DNA of 33,252 bases from a virus (taxonomy: Duplodnaviria; Caudoviricetes). Positions 18,276 to 27,238 of this stretch are shown here, in pieces. Made by a program: the position numbers and the translations under genes. How positions within the stretch are numbered: the first letter of the stretch is position 1; every line of letters starts with the position of its first letter. The notes beneath the pieces were generated by a model that did no database searches, was not told the DNA's origin, and saw only the letters and a program-made list of their open reading frames with translations. Location: the IMG/VR virus record IMGVR_UViG_3300037307_000611, positions 1-33,252 of that record; one strand, written 5' to 3'.

Positions 18276-18637
18276 TGAACGCCTACATCTCTTACGACGG
18301 CAAATACTACGCCACGGTGGCCAAGAACTGGTCCCCGGTTCACCAGAAGCCGGCCAGCGTCCGGCTGATGGCGGACGGTTCTTTAGACGTCTCTTTCGGC
18401 AACGGCGTCTTGAAGATGTTCCGGGGCGAGGTCGTCGCCAGCCCGGACGAGACCCGTACAGGCTACGGCACATCTTCCGATCTCGAAACATCGCTGGATA
18501 AGATGCAGACCGTCACGCTGGTCGACCACCACGGGGACAGCCACACCTGCGTGTGCAAGGGCTGGAAGCGGCGCAGCCTGCATCCGAAATGGGACAGCGC
18601 CAAACAATACTATGAAGTGGAGCTGCTTTACGTATGA
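18275..18637 (+). CDS. Putative distal tail protein (120 aa)
   Basis: TGATG overlap with the tape measure stop; small beta-rich protein in Dit position. Confidence 0.6.
   Translation: MNAYISYDGKYYATVAKNWSPVHQKPASVRLMADGSLDVSFGNGVLKMFRGEVVASPDETRTGYGTSSDLETSLDKMQTVTLVDHHGDSHTCVCKGWKRRSLHPKWDSAKQYYEVELLYV
18472..18491. repeat. Dispersed palindrome copy 7: ATCTTCCGA-TC-TCGAAACAT
   Basis: Intragenic, encodes TSSDLET using ACA/TCT codons. Confidence 0.75.
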
Positions 18638-21600
18638 GATCTAACTCTACAATAACCGCAGGCGTTGTTGCCTCGGCGCTCTCGCCGGTGAGGACCATCA
18701 ACTGCCGGGTGTGGATCCGGGACGACCGGATGGTCTTCACCGAGCTCCCGCAGGGCTACAGCGGGGACGCGCCGATTGGGGACGGCTACGAGAGCCACGC
18801 GATGGCCCTGAGCGGCGATCGCATCTACCGCGTCGTGGCGAAGGTCGTCAACGACGAGTGGCGCATCTACACCCAGAGGCTGTCCGATCCCAACCTGAAC
18901 CCGTGGCCGGACTGGGTGCAGCGCGCAAATCTACTGATGCCCTATACCGCGCCGGGGATCTACGGCCTGTACGAGAGCTATGTGAGAAAGGCGCTGATTT
19001 GGGGCCGAAATGCCAGCGGCTTTGTGAGCACTTACAAGGTCGACAGCAACAGCTGGGACGAAGCGGCCACCACGCTGAACTTCACCAGCGACTACAGATT
19101 GTCCTTCGCTCCGCTGAGCGAGACCGAGTGCTATATCTTAGCCACCGACCAGCGGGCGAACACCTCCGCCTCTTTCCTGCACTACGTCCAGATCGACGCC
19201 AACAGGGAAGTTATAACGCACAGTGAGTGGCAGGGCGTGCTGCACGCCCAGGAGGCCGACTGGAAGAGCCTCTCGGCGGTGCGCTTCGGCGGGCTGGACT
19301 ACTGCTATTTTTCCAGCGACCACGGCAAGCGCTCGCTGTGCATCACTGCCGCAGCGGGGGCCGCCTTTTCTAACCCGCAGGACATCTTCCCGCTGGACTA
19401 CTCGGACGACATCGTCAAGCTGGAGATCGGCAGCGCCAAAACCACCCTGGACCGGGTGTGGATCTGCGGCATCCTGACCCGCAGCGCCTCCGCCCAGCCG
19501 ATGCAGGTCTACACCCTGGGCCCGGACCACTTCACCGCCGGGCGGGATATGTTCATCGGCGACTTCGCCACCACCGAGGTGACGCGAAACATCAACGGGA
19601 CGGATTACACCTTCCCCGCCAGGCCGGGATCAATCATCGCCCACGGCTCGCATATCTGGCTGATCTTGCCGGGGACGGTCGCCAGGGCGCAGATCCCGCG
19701 CTGGCTGAGCCAGTACGGCGCCGGCCCCAGCTGGTATTACTCGTGTAATAAGGTCTCGGCGCAGTTTGACAAGAGCGGCAACGCCTCGTTGACCGTCGAA
19801 GTCCCGCTGGACATCGACCCGGCCATCCGGCCCGGCATGACGCTGGTCCTGCAGCCGTATGTCGATAGCCCAGGCGAAACAGGCGGGTGGTTCGACCTGG
19901 GGATGTACGAGATCGACGCCATCACCGAGCCGCGCACGCCGTTCGGAAAGACCAAGACGATCGTTGCCCGGCCGAAGGGCATTAAACGGTTGTCCCAGTG
20001 GCGATCGGACGCCTCCTATGACTACTGGTCGCAGGAAGCCAGGGTGTCCGAGCTGTACGACCAGAGCTACAACGTGCGCATCGCCAACTTCAAGACCGAC
20101 GAGAGCAGCCAGCTCGTCCCCCGGGACCTGGATAAGAACTGCCTGCTGTACAACGCCGGCCGCACCTCCACGGGCTACGCCGTACGGGCAAAATTCAGCA
20201 TCGCCTCCGGCCGGTTCACCTACGTCGGGCCGATGGTGTCCGTGCACGCCGAGACGCGCATCGACACGGCCTACCGGCTGGGGATCGACCCCGAAGCGGT
20301 GAGCTCGGCGGCAGTCAGGACTTCGGGTATCTTATTCCTATACCACGACAGCCAAGGAGATCCAGGCTGGCGGCTGTACCACCTGAAGTCCGACCAGGAC
20401 TGGTCGGCCAATGGCATAAGTAACTGCCCGTGGTCGCTTTTAGACGGGCAGGCCGATCAAACCCTGGCCGACGGCGAGTACGAGATGATGGCCGTTTACA
20501 ACCACGGGCGGGTGGACGTGTACTACCGCTCGACCTCGGAGAGCAGCTGGTCGAGGCCTTTGAGCACCTTCCGCTTCGAGCACGAAGAAGAAGGCGATTT
20601 TGTCCTGCCCTACTCGCGCACCGATGGGCGGGCGCGGGTTGGCTTCTTTGCCCGCTCCGAGCTGGACTACACCAACCGGACCAAGATCCTAAGGCACGGG
20701 TACTCCTACGATAGCCTGGCGTCTGTGTTTCTCGAAGACCCGGCGGCGATCGAGGAAGCAGACGAGCTCGAGGAGCCCTATGCGTACAGCAACACCCTGA
20801 TCACCAAGATCCTGTCTCTCGGGGCAAACTTCGGCGCATCGATCGTCTCTCCCCCGTCCCCGATCCGCCCAGGAAACGCCGCCGGCAACATCCTATACGC
20901 CGACGTCCTTCCGTGGCAGGGGGTGTGGTATCCAAGCGATGGGCAGCCGTGGGATAACACCGAAAAGGCCGATATCCAGGCAGAAGACCCGGAAGCCGGC
21001 GACAATGGAGGCCATTGGATCTGGCTCACGCTCTACAGCGTAGATCCTGCCTACACCGGAGGGGGCTACCCGAGCCTGGACAACCAGTACAGCGGCCTGG
21101 ACAGGAACAGCCTCAAGGGCGCCGTAATCGAGTTCTACAACAGCGCCTGGTATGACGGGTGTGCGTCTGTGATCAATATGGTCGACTGGTGCCCTCCGGC
21201 CAGGTGGCAGCCGCTTTGGCCGTACAACCCGTATGGGACGCCGTGGACGCTGAGCTACTTCAACAGCACCGGCTACCAATGGTGGTGGTATCCGAACAAC
21301 AGCAGCTGGGGCTACTGGGAGAACGGCCAGGACTACTTCGTCGGCGTCCACGAGCGGGTGATCGGCGGGGCGACGATCCGGACGCCGGAAAACATCTGGG
21401 GCATCAGCCCCCTGACCATACGGGTCCTCGGGCACCACGTGTACTTTGACTACCTGAACCGGATGACGCTGCCGTACGGGATCCACTTTCGCCCCGGCGG
21501 TCTCAACACCAACCAGACCAAGGCCAGGATCTACCTGCCAAACCGCATCCAGGCTGCCCCGTTTTACGGGATGTACGCAGCAGCCTACTGGGCCCACGCC

Positions 21601-22746
21601 CAAAGGACGCCCGCCCTGATGAACCGCTATGTTCGCACCGTCACCACCGACACGCCGGTAGGGAAAGAGATCGTCGTCGGCTCGGCCGAGCCTGACCGGA
21701 CCTTCTCCTGGATGGCGGTGGAGATCTGCCGCAAGGCCGGGGTGCTGAACGTCTCGGTGGAGCAGGAGCTCACTACGTTTACCAAGGCCGGGCTGAACTG
21801 GGACTTCAACCCGGAGCAGCAGGGCTTCCGCTTGCGACCTAGGGCCGGCATCCTGCGCTTCAAGCAGAGCACCTCCGACACCGGCGTTTTCGCCGTGCAG
21901 AGCGGCGGGGCGGTGCTGGGCGGCGAGTTCTGGAACGGCACGATCATCACCTGCTCGGTGGATTACGCAAGAAAATGGCTGGTGAGCGAGGGCGTCGTGA
22001 CGCTGGAGGAGAGCATCCCATTGTCACCAGGACAGGGCGCGCAGGGCGCCTGGGTGACGGTCAGCTTCAACGACGACCACGCCTCGGTGTGGGTCAACGA
22101 CGCCATCGTCGCCGTGTTCAAGGTCGAGACGACGATCAACGCCTTGATGCCCACCTCCCAGCAGAACGTCACCACCGAAGTCGATTGGCCCGTGCTGGAC
22201 ATGCGGGTGGACAACTTCGTCCTCGACATGAACCAGATCGGCATCGACCTGCTGCGCAGATTGATTAAGCGCAAGCGGGTCCACTTCTGCGACGACAGCC
22301 AGGGCGGGATCAAGATCTTCAAGGACGGCGAGGCGATCAACACGGAAGAGACCCCGTATGCGATGACCCTCTCGTCCAGCAAGTCGGTCACCGACACCCC
22401 CCGGATCACGCGTGTGCGCCTGGAGGGGATCGACGTTCACGAGGCCATGGACGAGGAGAGCCTGCTCCAGTACGGGAACGTGTTCATCGTGGAGAACTTC
22501 GACGAGCTGGAGATCCACGAGCAGTTCGTCCAGGAAGGGGCTGAGTACCTGGAGGATGTCGACCGGGCCACCCGGCCGCGCTCCTACGTCGGCCCGGCCG
22601 ACCCTCGGGTTGAGCCGTGGGACCGGCTGTGGATCTCCGACGGCACGGACACGGTCGAGGTGATGGTCTCGTCGGTGACTTTCAATCTTCTGATCTCGGA
22701 AGATGAGGCCACCTTCGACATGAGCCTCGAGGCGGAAGAGATATGA
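18634..22746 (+). CDS. Large tail tip/hub protein (1370 aa)
   Basis: ATGA overlaps at both ends; FDLGMYEIDAITE and DPRVEPWDRLWI hub-like motifs enclosing beta-rich inserts. Confidence 0.7.
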   Translation: MRSNSTITAGVVASALSPVRTINCRVWIRDDRMVFTELPQGYSGDAPIGDGYESHAMALSGDRIYRVVAKVVNDEWRIYTQRLSDPNLNPWPDWVQRANLLMPYTAPGIYGLYESYVRKALIWGRNASGFVSTYKVDSNSWDEAATTLNFTSDYRLSFAPLSETECYILATDQRANTSASFLHYVQIDANREVITHSEWQGVLHAQEADWKSLSAVRFGGLDYCYFSSDHGKRSLCITAAAGAAFSNPQDIFPLDYSDDIVKLEIGSAKTTLDRVWICGILTRSASAQPMQVYTLGPDHFTAGRDMFIGDFATTEVTRNINGTDYTFPARPGSIIAHGSHIWLILPGTVARAQIPRWLSQYGAGPSWYYSCNKVSAQFDKSGNASLTVEVPLDIDPAIRPGMTLVLQPYVDSPGETGGWFDLGMYEIDAITEPRTPFGKTKTIVARPKGIKRLSQWRSDASYDYWSQEARVSELYDQSYNVRIANFKTDESSQLVPRDLDKNCLLYNAGRTSTGYAVRAKFSIASGRFTYVGPMVSVHAETRIDTAYRLGIDPEAVSSAAVRTSGILFLYHDSQGDPGWRLYHLKSDQDWSANGISNCPWSLLDGQADQTLADGEYEMMAVYNHGRVDVYYRSTSESSWSRPLSTFRFEHEEEGDFVLPYSRTDGRARVGFFARSELDYTNRTKILRHGYSYDSLASVFLEDPAAIEEADELEEPYAYSNTLITKILSLGANFGASIVSPPSPIRPGNAAGNILYADVLPWQGVWYPSDGQPWDNTEKADIQAEDPEAGDNGGHWIWLTLYSVDPAYTGGGYPSLDNQYSGLDRNSLKGAVIEFYNSAWYDGCASVINMVDWCPPARWQPLWPYNPYGTPWTLSYFNSTGYQWWWYPNNSSWGYWENGQDYFVGVHERVIGGATIRTPENIWGISPLTIRVLGHHVYFDYLNRMTLPYGIHFRPGGLNTNQTKARIYLPNRIQAAPFYGMYAAAYWAHAQRTPALMNRYVRTVTTDTPVGKEIVVGSAEPDRTFSWMAVEICRKAGVLNVSVEQELTTFTKAGLNWDFNPEQQGFRLRPRAGILRFKQSTSDTGVFAVQSGGAVLGGEFWNGTIITCSVDYARKWLVSEGVVTLEESIPLSPGQGAQGAWVTVSFNDDHASVWVNDAIVAVFKVETTINALMPTSQQNVTTEVDWPVLDMRVDNFVLDMNQIGIDLLRRLIKRKRVHFCDDSQGGIKIFKDGEAINTEETPYAMTLSSSKSVTDTPRITRVRLEGIDVHEAMDEESLLQYGNVFIVENFDELEIHEQFVQEGAEYLEDVDRATRPRSYVGPADPRVEPWDRLWISDGTDTVEVMVSSVTFNLLISEDEATFDMSLEAEEI
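22685..22704. repeat. Dispersed palindrome copy 8: ATCTTCTGA-TC-TCGGAAGAT
   Basis: Intragenic, encodes NLLISED. Confidence 0.85.
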
Positions 22747-24911
22747 GCACGATCGGCAGATTTTCCAGGCTGGTCGACCGCAAGGTGGTCGAAAAGCCCA
22801 ACAAGGCCACCGTCGTGCGGGTCGACCAGGGCTACGTCGACCTGGCGCTTTATCCGGGGTCGGGGACGATCCACCATGTCAAGGTGGTGGGCAGCATCGA
22901 CCAGCTCGCCCCTGGTATGGTGGTCCCGATCCAGTGGACGGAGCGGCAGGGAGGCTACCTCTCACCGGTGGTGATCGCCACGGGCGGCGAGGCGGCCGCC
23001 GTCGGGGCAGCCCCGGTGATCCAGGTGGACAACGCCTCCCTGCGGGTGATCGACGGGGAGCTGTCGGTCAAGCCCGGCGGGATCGAGCAAAGGCACCTGG
23101 CCTTCGTGGCCGCCATCGACGGCCACTCGCACCCCAGCGAGCTGGCCCTGGCTGGCCTGCAGGTCCAGGAGGGAAAACTGCAAAACGTCAACCAGGACAT
23201 CGCCCTGACCGGGGACGGGCGCATCGAGACCGATGGGCTGACCATCGACGGGGCGGATGAAACCTATCGCCTGTGGGCTGGAGACGAAGACCCGGCCAGC
23301 GCCCCTTTCAGCGTAAAGGCGGACGGAACCCTCGCCGCAACCCTGCCGGCTGATAACATCACCGCAGACACCACCAACTTTACCGGCAACCTTGGCGCTG
23401 CGGACGACACCGTGCAGAAGGCCCTGGAGACGCTGGACGGCCTGCCGCTGGGCGGCGTGACCAACGGCGACAACCACGACCACTCCGGCGGCGACGGCGG
23501 ACAGATTGACCACGGCGGGCTGGCAGGGCTGAATGATCCAGACCACCCGGCTTCGGCTATTACCGTTAACACGACCAACTTCTCGGGCAACCTCTCCTCG
23601 GCCGACGACACCGTACAGAAAGCCCTGGACACGTTAGATAATATGGCGGCTGGGGACCCGGATGCCATCCACGACAACGTGGGCGGGGAGATCAGTGCGC
23701 TTACCGAGAAGATCGCGCCCGTGTCTGACGACCTCGTCCTGATCGAGGACAGCGCCGCTTCGAATGCCAAGAAAAAAGTCAAGCTGCTAAACGTCATCAA
23801 GAAGATCCTCCCGTACGTGATCAGCGACGTGACCTATTACGTCAACGGGAACAGCGGCAGCGACCTCAACGATGGCAGCTCTGGCGCTCCTTTCAGCACG
23901 ATCGGCAAGGCGGTGAGCATGTTCCACGGGTTTGCCGTCAAGAACTGCAAGATCAGCATTGCCGCAGGGACCTATGCAGAGGAAGTCAACCTGACCGGGT
24001 TTCATTCGGATATGTTTAACGGCCTAACGCTGGAAGGCCAGACCAACTGCCCGGTGGCTGGGCTGTCCTTCATCCACGGGGACAGCACCGACACGTCTAT
24101 CAGCAACAGCTATGAAGGAGCCGGGGCAATCACCCTGGCTACGGATAACTCCGGAGCCGGAGGGCGCATGCGGGTCACGGTCACGCGAGCCACGACCAGC
24201 CCCAGCTTTGCGGGAGTGGCGACCGGCTCCGCATCCAGCAACCGGGTATGGATGTGGAACGGCTCGGCAATGTCGGTGTATCCCGTTTACGCCGTTTCCG
24301 GTAATGTGATCACCGCCGACAGCACCTCCGCTGCTCCAGCCCTGAATACAAATGGCAGGTACATGCTGGTCTCGCCGAACGTCATCATCGATGCCCCGGA
24401 CAACTCCGAGTCCTGTGCGATGGAAGTCTTCAACATGGGCGTAAAGATCCGAGGTATCCATTTCGAGGGCTACTATTGCGGGCTGAGATTGTACAGCGCC
24501 GCCGTGATGGCCTCCGAGTGCAGCTTCTGGCAGGGTTACACCGGCAACTGGTATGGCTCGGTCCATCTTGGCTCGCAATCCTACCTTTTTGCCCGTTACG
24601 ACCCGATCAATGACGCGCCTATCTCGATTATCGGGTACTGGGCAGGACTGGTGGCTTCGTTTGAAAGCATGTCCAACCTCGGCTCGGCCATGGTGCACGG
24701 CAGGGGAACTTACGGTATTTACGCCTCCGGCGGCCAGGTGTATTTCAATGCTGGGCGTTGTCCGGCCGGCACCTATACCGGCGTCTATGCCGCCAGTACT
24801 GGATATGTGCTTGCCAGCAGTGTCAATGCAAAGAACTGGGCCTCGACAAAATTCAGCCCGTCCACAAGCAATGCGTTTGGCAACAACAACGGATCAGTCA
24901 CATTCTCCTAG
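22743..24911 (+). CDS. Tail fiber/receptor-binding protein with C-terminal beta-helix-like domain
   Basis: SAPFSVKADG fiber motif, HDHSG motif, duplicated 30-aa unit, YYVNGNSGSDLNDGSSGAPFSTIGKAV (pectin-lyase/DUF1565-like start). Confidence 0.75.
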   Translation: MSTIGRFSRLVDRKVVEKPNKATVVRVDQGYVDLALYPGSGTIHHVKVVGSIDQLAPGMVVPIQWTERQGGYLSPVVIATGGEAAAVGAAPVIQVDNASLRVIDGELSVKPGGIEQRHLAFVAAIDGHSHPSELALAGLQVQEGKLQNVNQDIALTGDGRIETDGLTIDGADETYRLWAGDEDPASAPFSVKADGTLAATLPADNITADTTNFTGNLGAADDTVQKALETLDGLPLGGVTNGDNHDHSGGDGGQIDHGGLAGLNDPDHPASAITVNTTNFSGNLSSADDTVQKALDTLDNMAAGDPDAIHDNVGGEISALTEKIAPVSDDLVLIEDSAASNAKKKVKLLNVIKKILPYVISDVTYYVNGNSGSDLNDGSSGAPFSTIGKAVSMFHGFAVKNCKISIAAGTYAEEVNLTGFHSDMFNGLTLEGQTNCPVAGLSFIHGDSTDTSISNSYEGAGAITLATDNSGAGGRMRVTVTRATTSPSFAGVATGSASSNRVWMWNGSAMSVYPVYAVSGNVITADSTSAAPALNTNGRYMLVSPNVIIDAPDNSESCAMEVFNMGVKIRGIHFEGYYCGLRLYSAAVMASECSFWQGYTGNWYGSVHLGSQSYLFARYDPINDAPISIIGYWAGLVASFESMSNLGSAMVHGRGTYGIYASGGQVYFNAGRCPAGTYTGVYAASTGYVLASSVNAKNWASTKFSPSTSNAFGNNNGSVTFS
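23349..23639 (+). repeat. Two copies of a 30-aa unit in the tail fiber (23349-23438, 23550-23639)
   Basis: ADNITADTTNFTGNLGAADDTVQKALETLD versus ASAITVNTTNFSGNLSSADDTVQKALDTLD. Confidence 0.9.
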
Positions 24912-24919
24912 GAGCGGCT

Positions 24920-25258
24920 ATGTATTACATCTTAGATCCCGACAATGCGATATTCGCAAGCGAAACCGTAAGGCCGCGTGACAACGCATATCCCGGCCGG
25001 GTAGTCATCTTTTTGGACGAGGTCTATGAGATTGGATCGACTGTCCTTGCCGCCGATGTCTCCAAAGGCGTCACGAAATTCCAGGACCGGGATGGCGACC
25101 GCTCGCGGGCCCGCGCCGCCTACGAGACCATCGTCGGGGTCAGCATCCAGGACATGACGCTGGCGCAGCTGAGGGTCTTATTGGCGGTGGTGGCTTACCG
25201 GGATGGTTTTCTCAATTCGTCTGGCGTGGTAAGACCAATTTCAGAGGTAAAGCTTTAA
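24920..25258 (+). CDS. Hypothetical protein after tail fiber (112 aa), possible fiber chaperone
   Basis: AGGAG RBS before ATG 24920; function inferred from position only. Confidence 0.6.
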   Translation: MYYILDPDNAIFASETVRPRDNAYPGRVVIFLDEVYEIGSTVLAADVSKGVTKFQDRDGDRSRARAAYETIVGVSIQDMTLAQLRVLLAVVAYRDGFLNSSGVVRPISEVKL

Positions 25259-25272
25259 TTTTGGAGAGCGCT

Positions 25273-25719
25273 GTGAGCATAACCAACCTCGACATCATGA
25301 AAAAGTTAGAGGAGATTGCCAGTGATACGGACACTCGCCTGGCGACAATGGAACAGAGCCTAAAAAAGCTCAACGAGGCGGTGTATGGCAACGGCGAGCC
25401 GGGGATCAAGGAGCGCATCCGCGAGCACGAGAAAGTCATCGCCGAGATCACCAGCGGCGGGACGCAGCCCTTACGGGCGGCGGTCGAGCGCATCAAGCGG
25501 CTGGAGGAGACCCATGCGGTATGCCCGATCGTGCGCATCGACCGCATGGTCGATGATATCGAGGATCGTCACAGGCTCGAAGACGAAGGAAAGAAGGTCA
25601 AGGAAGAAGACCAGAAAGAGGCCAGGTCAGAGCAGAGGAAGTTCCAATGGACGCTGCTGATGTTCATCATCACCACGGCCGTCAACCTGATCTTGACTTT
25701 CTATGGCATGAGTAAATAG
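25273..25719 (+). CDS. Coiled-coil protein with C-terminal TM helix (XhlA-like/holin-like)
   Basis: GGAGAG RBS before GTG 25273; VYGNGEPGIKERI motif; terminal WTLLMFIITTAVNLILTFYG. Confidence 0.6.
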   Translation: MSITNLDIMKKLEEIASDTDTRLATMEQSLKKLNEAVYGNGEPGIKERIREHEKVIAEITSGGTQPLRAAVERIKRLEETHAVCPIVRIDRMVDDIEDRHRLEDEGKKVKEEDQKEARSEQRKFQWTLLMFIITTAVNLILTFYGMSK

Positions 25720-25866
25720 GGGCGGTTCGCCGCCCATCCATGTCCACCTCCTTTGCAAAGGGGCGCCACCTGGGGGCAAGCGGCGCTACTGCGCGCCGTC
25801 CCTGGATCCTTGAGCAAGTGTTCCCAAAGGCAGTCACGGAATAATCGCCGATAATTACGTCTTTAC

Positions 25867-25875
25867 TGCTATAAT
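25867..25875 (+). promoter_or_regulatory. Putative extended -10 promoter element (TGCTATAAT)
   Basis: TGnTATAAT in an AT-rich intergenic region ~150 bp upstream of the gp19-like gene. Confidence 0.5.
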
Positions 25876-26021
25876 AATTTTCTGTCGGCCTGTTCTTCAA
25901 TTTGTTTCATCAGAAAAATCTGATCACAGCTGGTAAAGCAGTATCCAAGATCGTTCGGGGGCTACGGGTCCGTTCAATTTAGTCGAAGTCCAGCCTGCCA
26001 CGAAAATTTAGGAGAGCAACC

Positions 26022-26453
26022 ATGGCAGATAATAGTGATCCATTCCGCGCCTATAACTTCAAGCTCGACATCGACGGCGTCACCGAAGGCCATTTCACCG
26101 AGTGCAGTGGCTTAAGCGTCAAAGTCGAGACTATATCCTACCGCGAGGCAGGCAGCAACCAGACGGTTCGTCATATCCCCGGCCCGGTAGATTATGCCGC
26201 CGTCACCCTGAAATATGGCGTAACCAAATCGAAAACGCTGTTCGATTGGATGATGAAAGCCGCCGAAGGGAAAGTCGAGCGCAAGAACGTCTCGATCATC
26301 CTGATGGATAGCCAGGGCAGCGATGAAGTGATGCGCTGGAACCTGCATGACGCCTGGCCTTCCGAATGGCAGAGTGCGAACCTCAATGCGACCGATCGCG
26401 GGGTGGCGATCGAATCTTTGACCCTGGTGTTCGATCGCCTCGAGCGCGCCTGA
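26022..26453 (+). CDS. T4 gp19-like tail tube protein (contractile injection system type)
   Basis: DPFRAYNFKLDIDG, FTECSGL, YREAG, VTLKYG, RKNVSIILMD, RWNLHDAWP and LNA...VAIESLTL: the full family motif series; AGGAG RBS. Confidence 0.9.
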   Translation: MADNSDPFRAYNFKLDIDGVTEGHFTECSGLSVKVETISYREAGSNQTVRHIPGPVDYAAVTLKYGVTKSKTLFDWMMKAAEGKVERKNVSIILMDSQGSDEVMRWNLHDAWPSEWQSANLNATDRGVAIESLTLVFDRLERA

Positions 26454-26468
26454 ACGAAGGCGTTTTTT
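26447..26468 (+). terminator. Possible intrinsic terminator
   Basis: CGCCT-GAACGA-AGGCG followed by TTTTTT; short stem overlapping the stop. Confidence 0.45.
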
Positions 26469-26479
26469 CCTTGTACAAA

Positions 26480-27151
26480 ATGACCGATAACTACTCATTT
26501 GGTTATCCAAAACAATGCTTGCGCTGTGCAAGTTATTCCACGAGTGGAATGACACTTCGTGTTGCGCCTTACTACAAACAAGGCAGTCAGTTGCAAGTCA
26601 TGCTGATTGGTCAAGACCCAACAATCTTCAATCAGCCAGAACGGGTCAGAGAAGTGCTGATGCTCGACGAACCAAAGGGTCAACTTACGCGCTGGCTTAA
26701 AGATATTTTTGGAGCAGATAATTTTCACACACTTACAATATACGCTACCAACCTCGTCAAATGTTCTTTTGCTATACCGCCCTCGGCTTCGGCAGAAGGC
26801 GGCTTAAGGTTTCTAAAGCCGTATTTTGATAATTGCAAATATTATCTTGCAGAAGAATTGCTGAGTTTCAGACCACAGTGTGTCTTGACGCTAGGCGAGC
26901 CTGCACATAAACTATTCATCACCATTCTCGACAACCAAAACGATTTCCCTAATTCAATGAAAGCTGCTTTCACGGGTCAATTTATCAGAGCCAAGTTCAA
27001 AGGTGTTGAATTTGATTATTCGCCCTGCTTGCATATCAAGACCTTCCGTGTTGCAGAAGTTTATGGCGAGCGCGTTCAAAGATTCAAACAAGGTATTTCA
27101 ACCTATTTCAATTCAAGCAATGACTCGTCTCAAAATAACGACACGGTCTGA
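26480..27151 (+). CDS. Uracil-DNA glycosylase superfamily protein (223 aa)
   Basis: CLRC, VMLIGQDP, IYATNLVKC, C..YLAEEL...RP..VLTLG and late LH motifs; visibly lower GC than the phage genes; start uncertain. Confidence 0.8.
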   Translation: MTDNYSFGYPKQCLRCASYSTSGMTLRVAPYYKQGSQLQVMLIGQDPTIFNQPERVREVLMLDEPKGQLTRWLKDIFGADNFHTLTIYATNLVKCSFAIPPSASAEGGLRFLKPYFDNCKYYLAEELLSFRPQCVLTLGEPAHKLFITILDNQNDFPNSMKAAFTGQFIRAKFKGVEFDYSPCLHIKTFRVAEVYGERVQRFKQGISTYFNSSNDSSQNNDTV

Positions 27152-27227
27152 CACCCGCATACAAGCGACACGCTTAGCTCCGCGTGTGCCTGAAGCGGAA
27201 AAGTAGGTGGCTGATGAATTGTTATGT
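27146..27227 (+). mobile_element. Degenerate attC-like site
   Basis: GTCTGAC (cf. RYYYAAC) overlaps the stop; CCGCATACAAGC/GCCTGAAGCGG and ACACGC/GCGTGT imperfect inverted arms; GTTATGT at 27221 just before the next RBS. Confidence 0.6.
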
Positions 27228-27238
27228 AAGGAGGTCCA

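Noticed and set aside
18634-24911. Diversity-generating retroelement target in the tail genes
   Set aside because: No reverse transcriptase and no TR/VR pair with adenine-specific differences seen; the fiber repeat differs at all base types.
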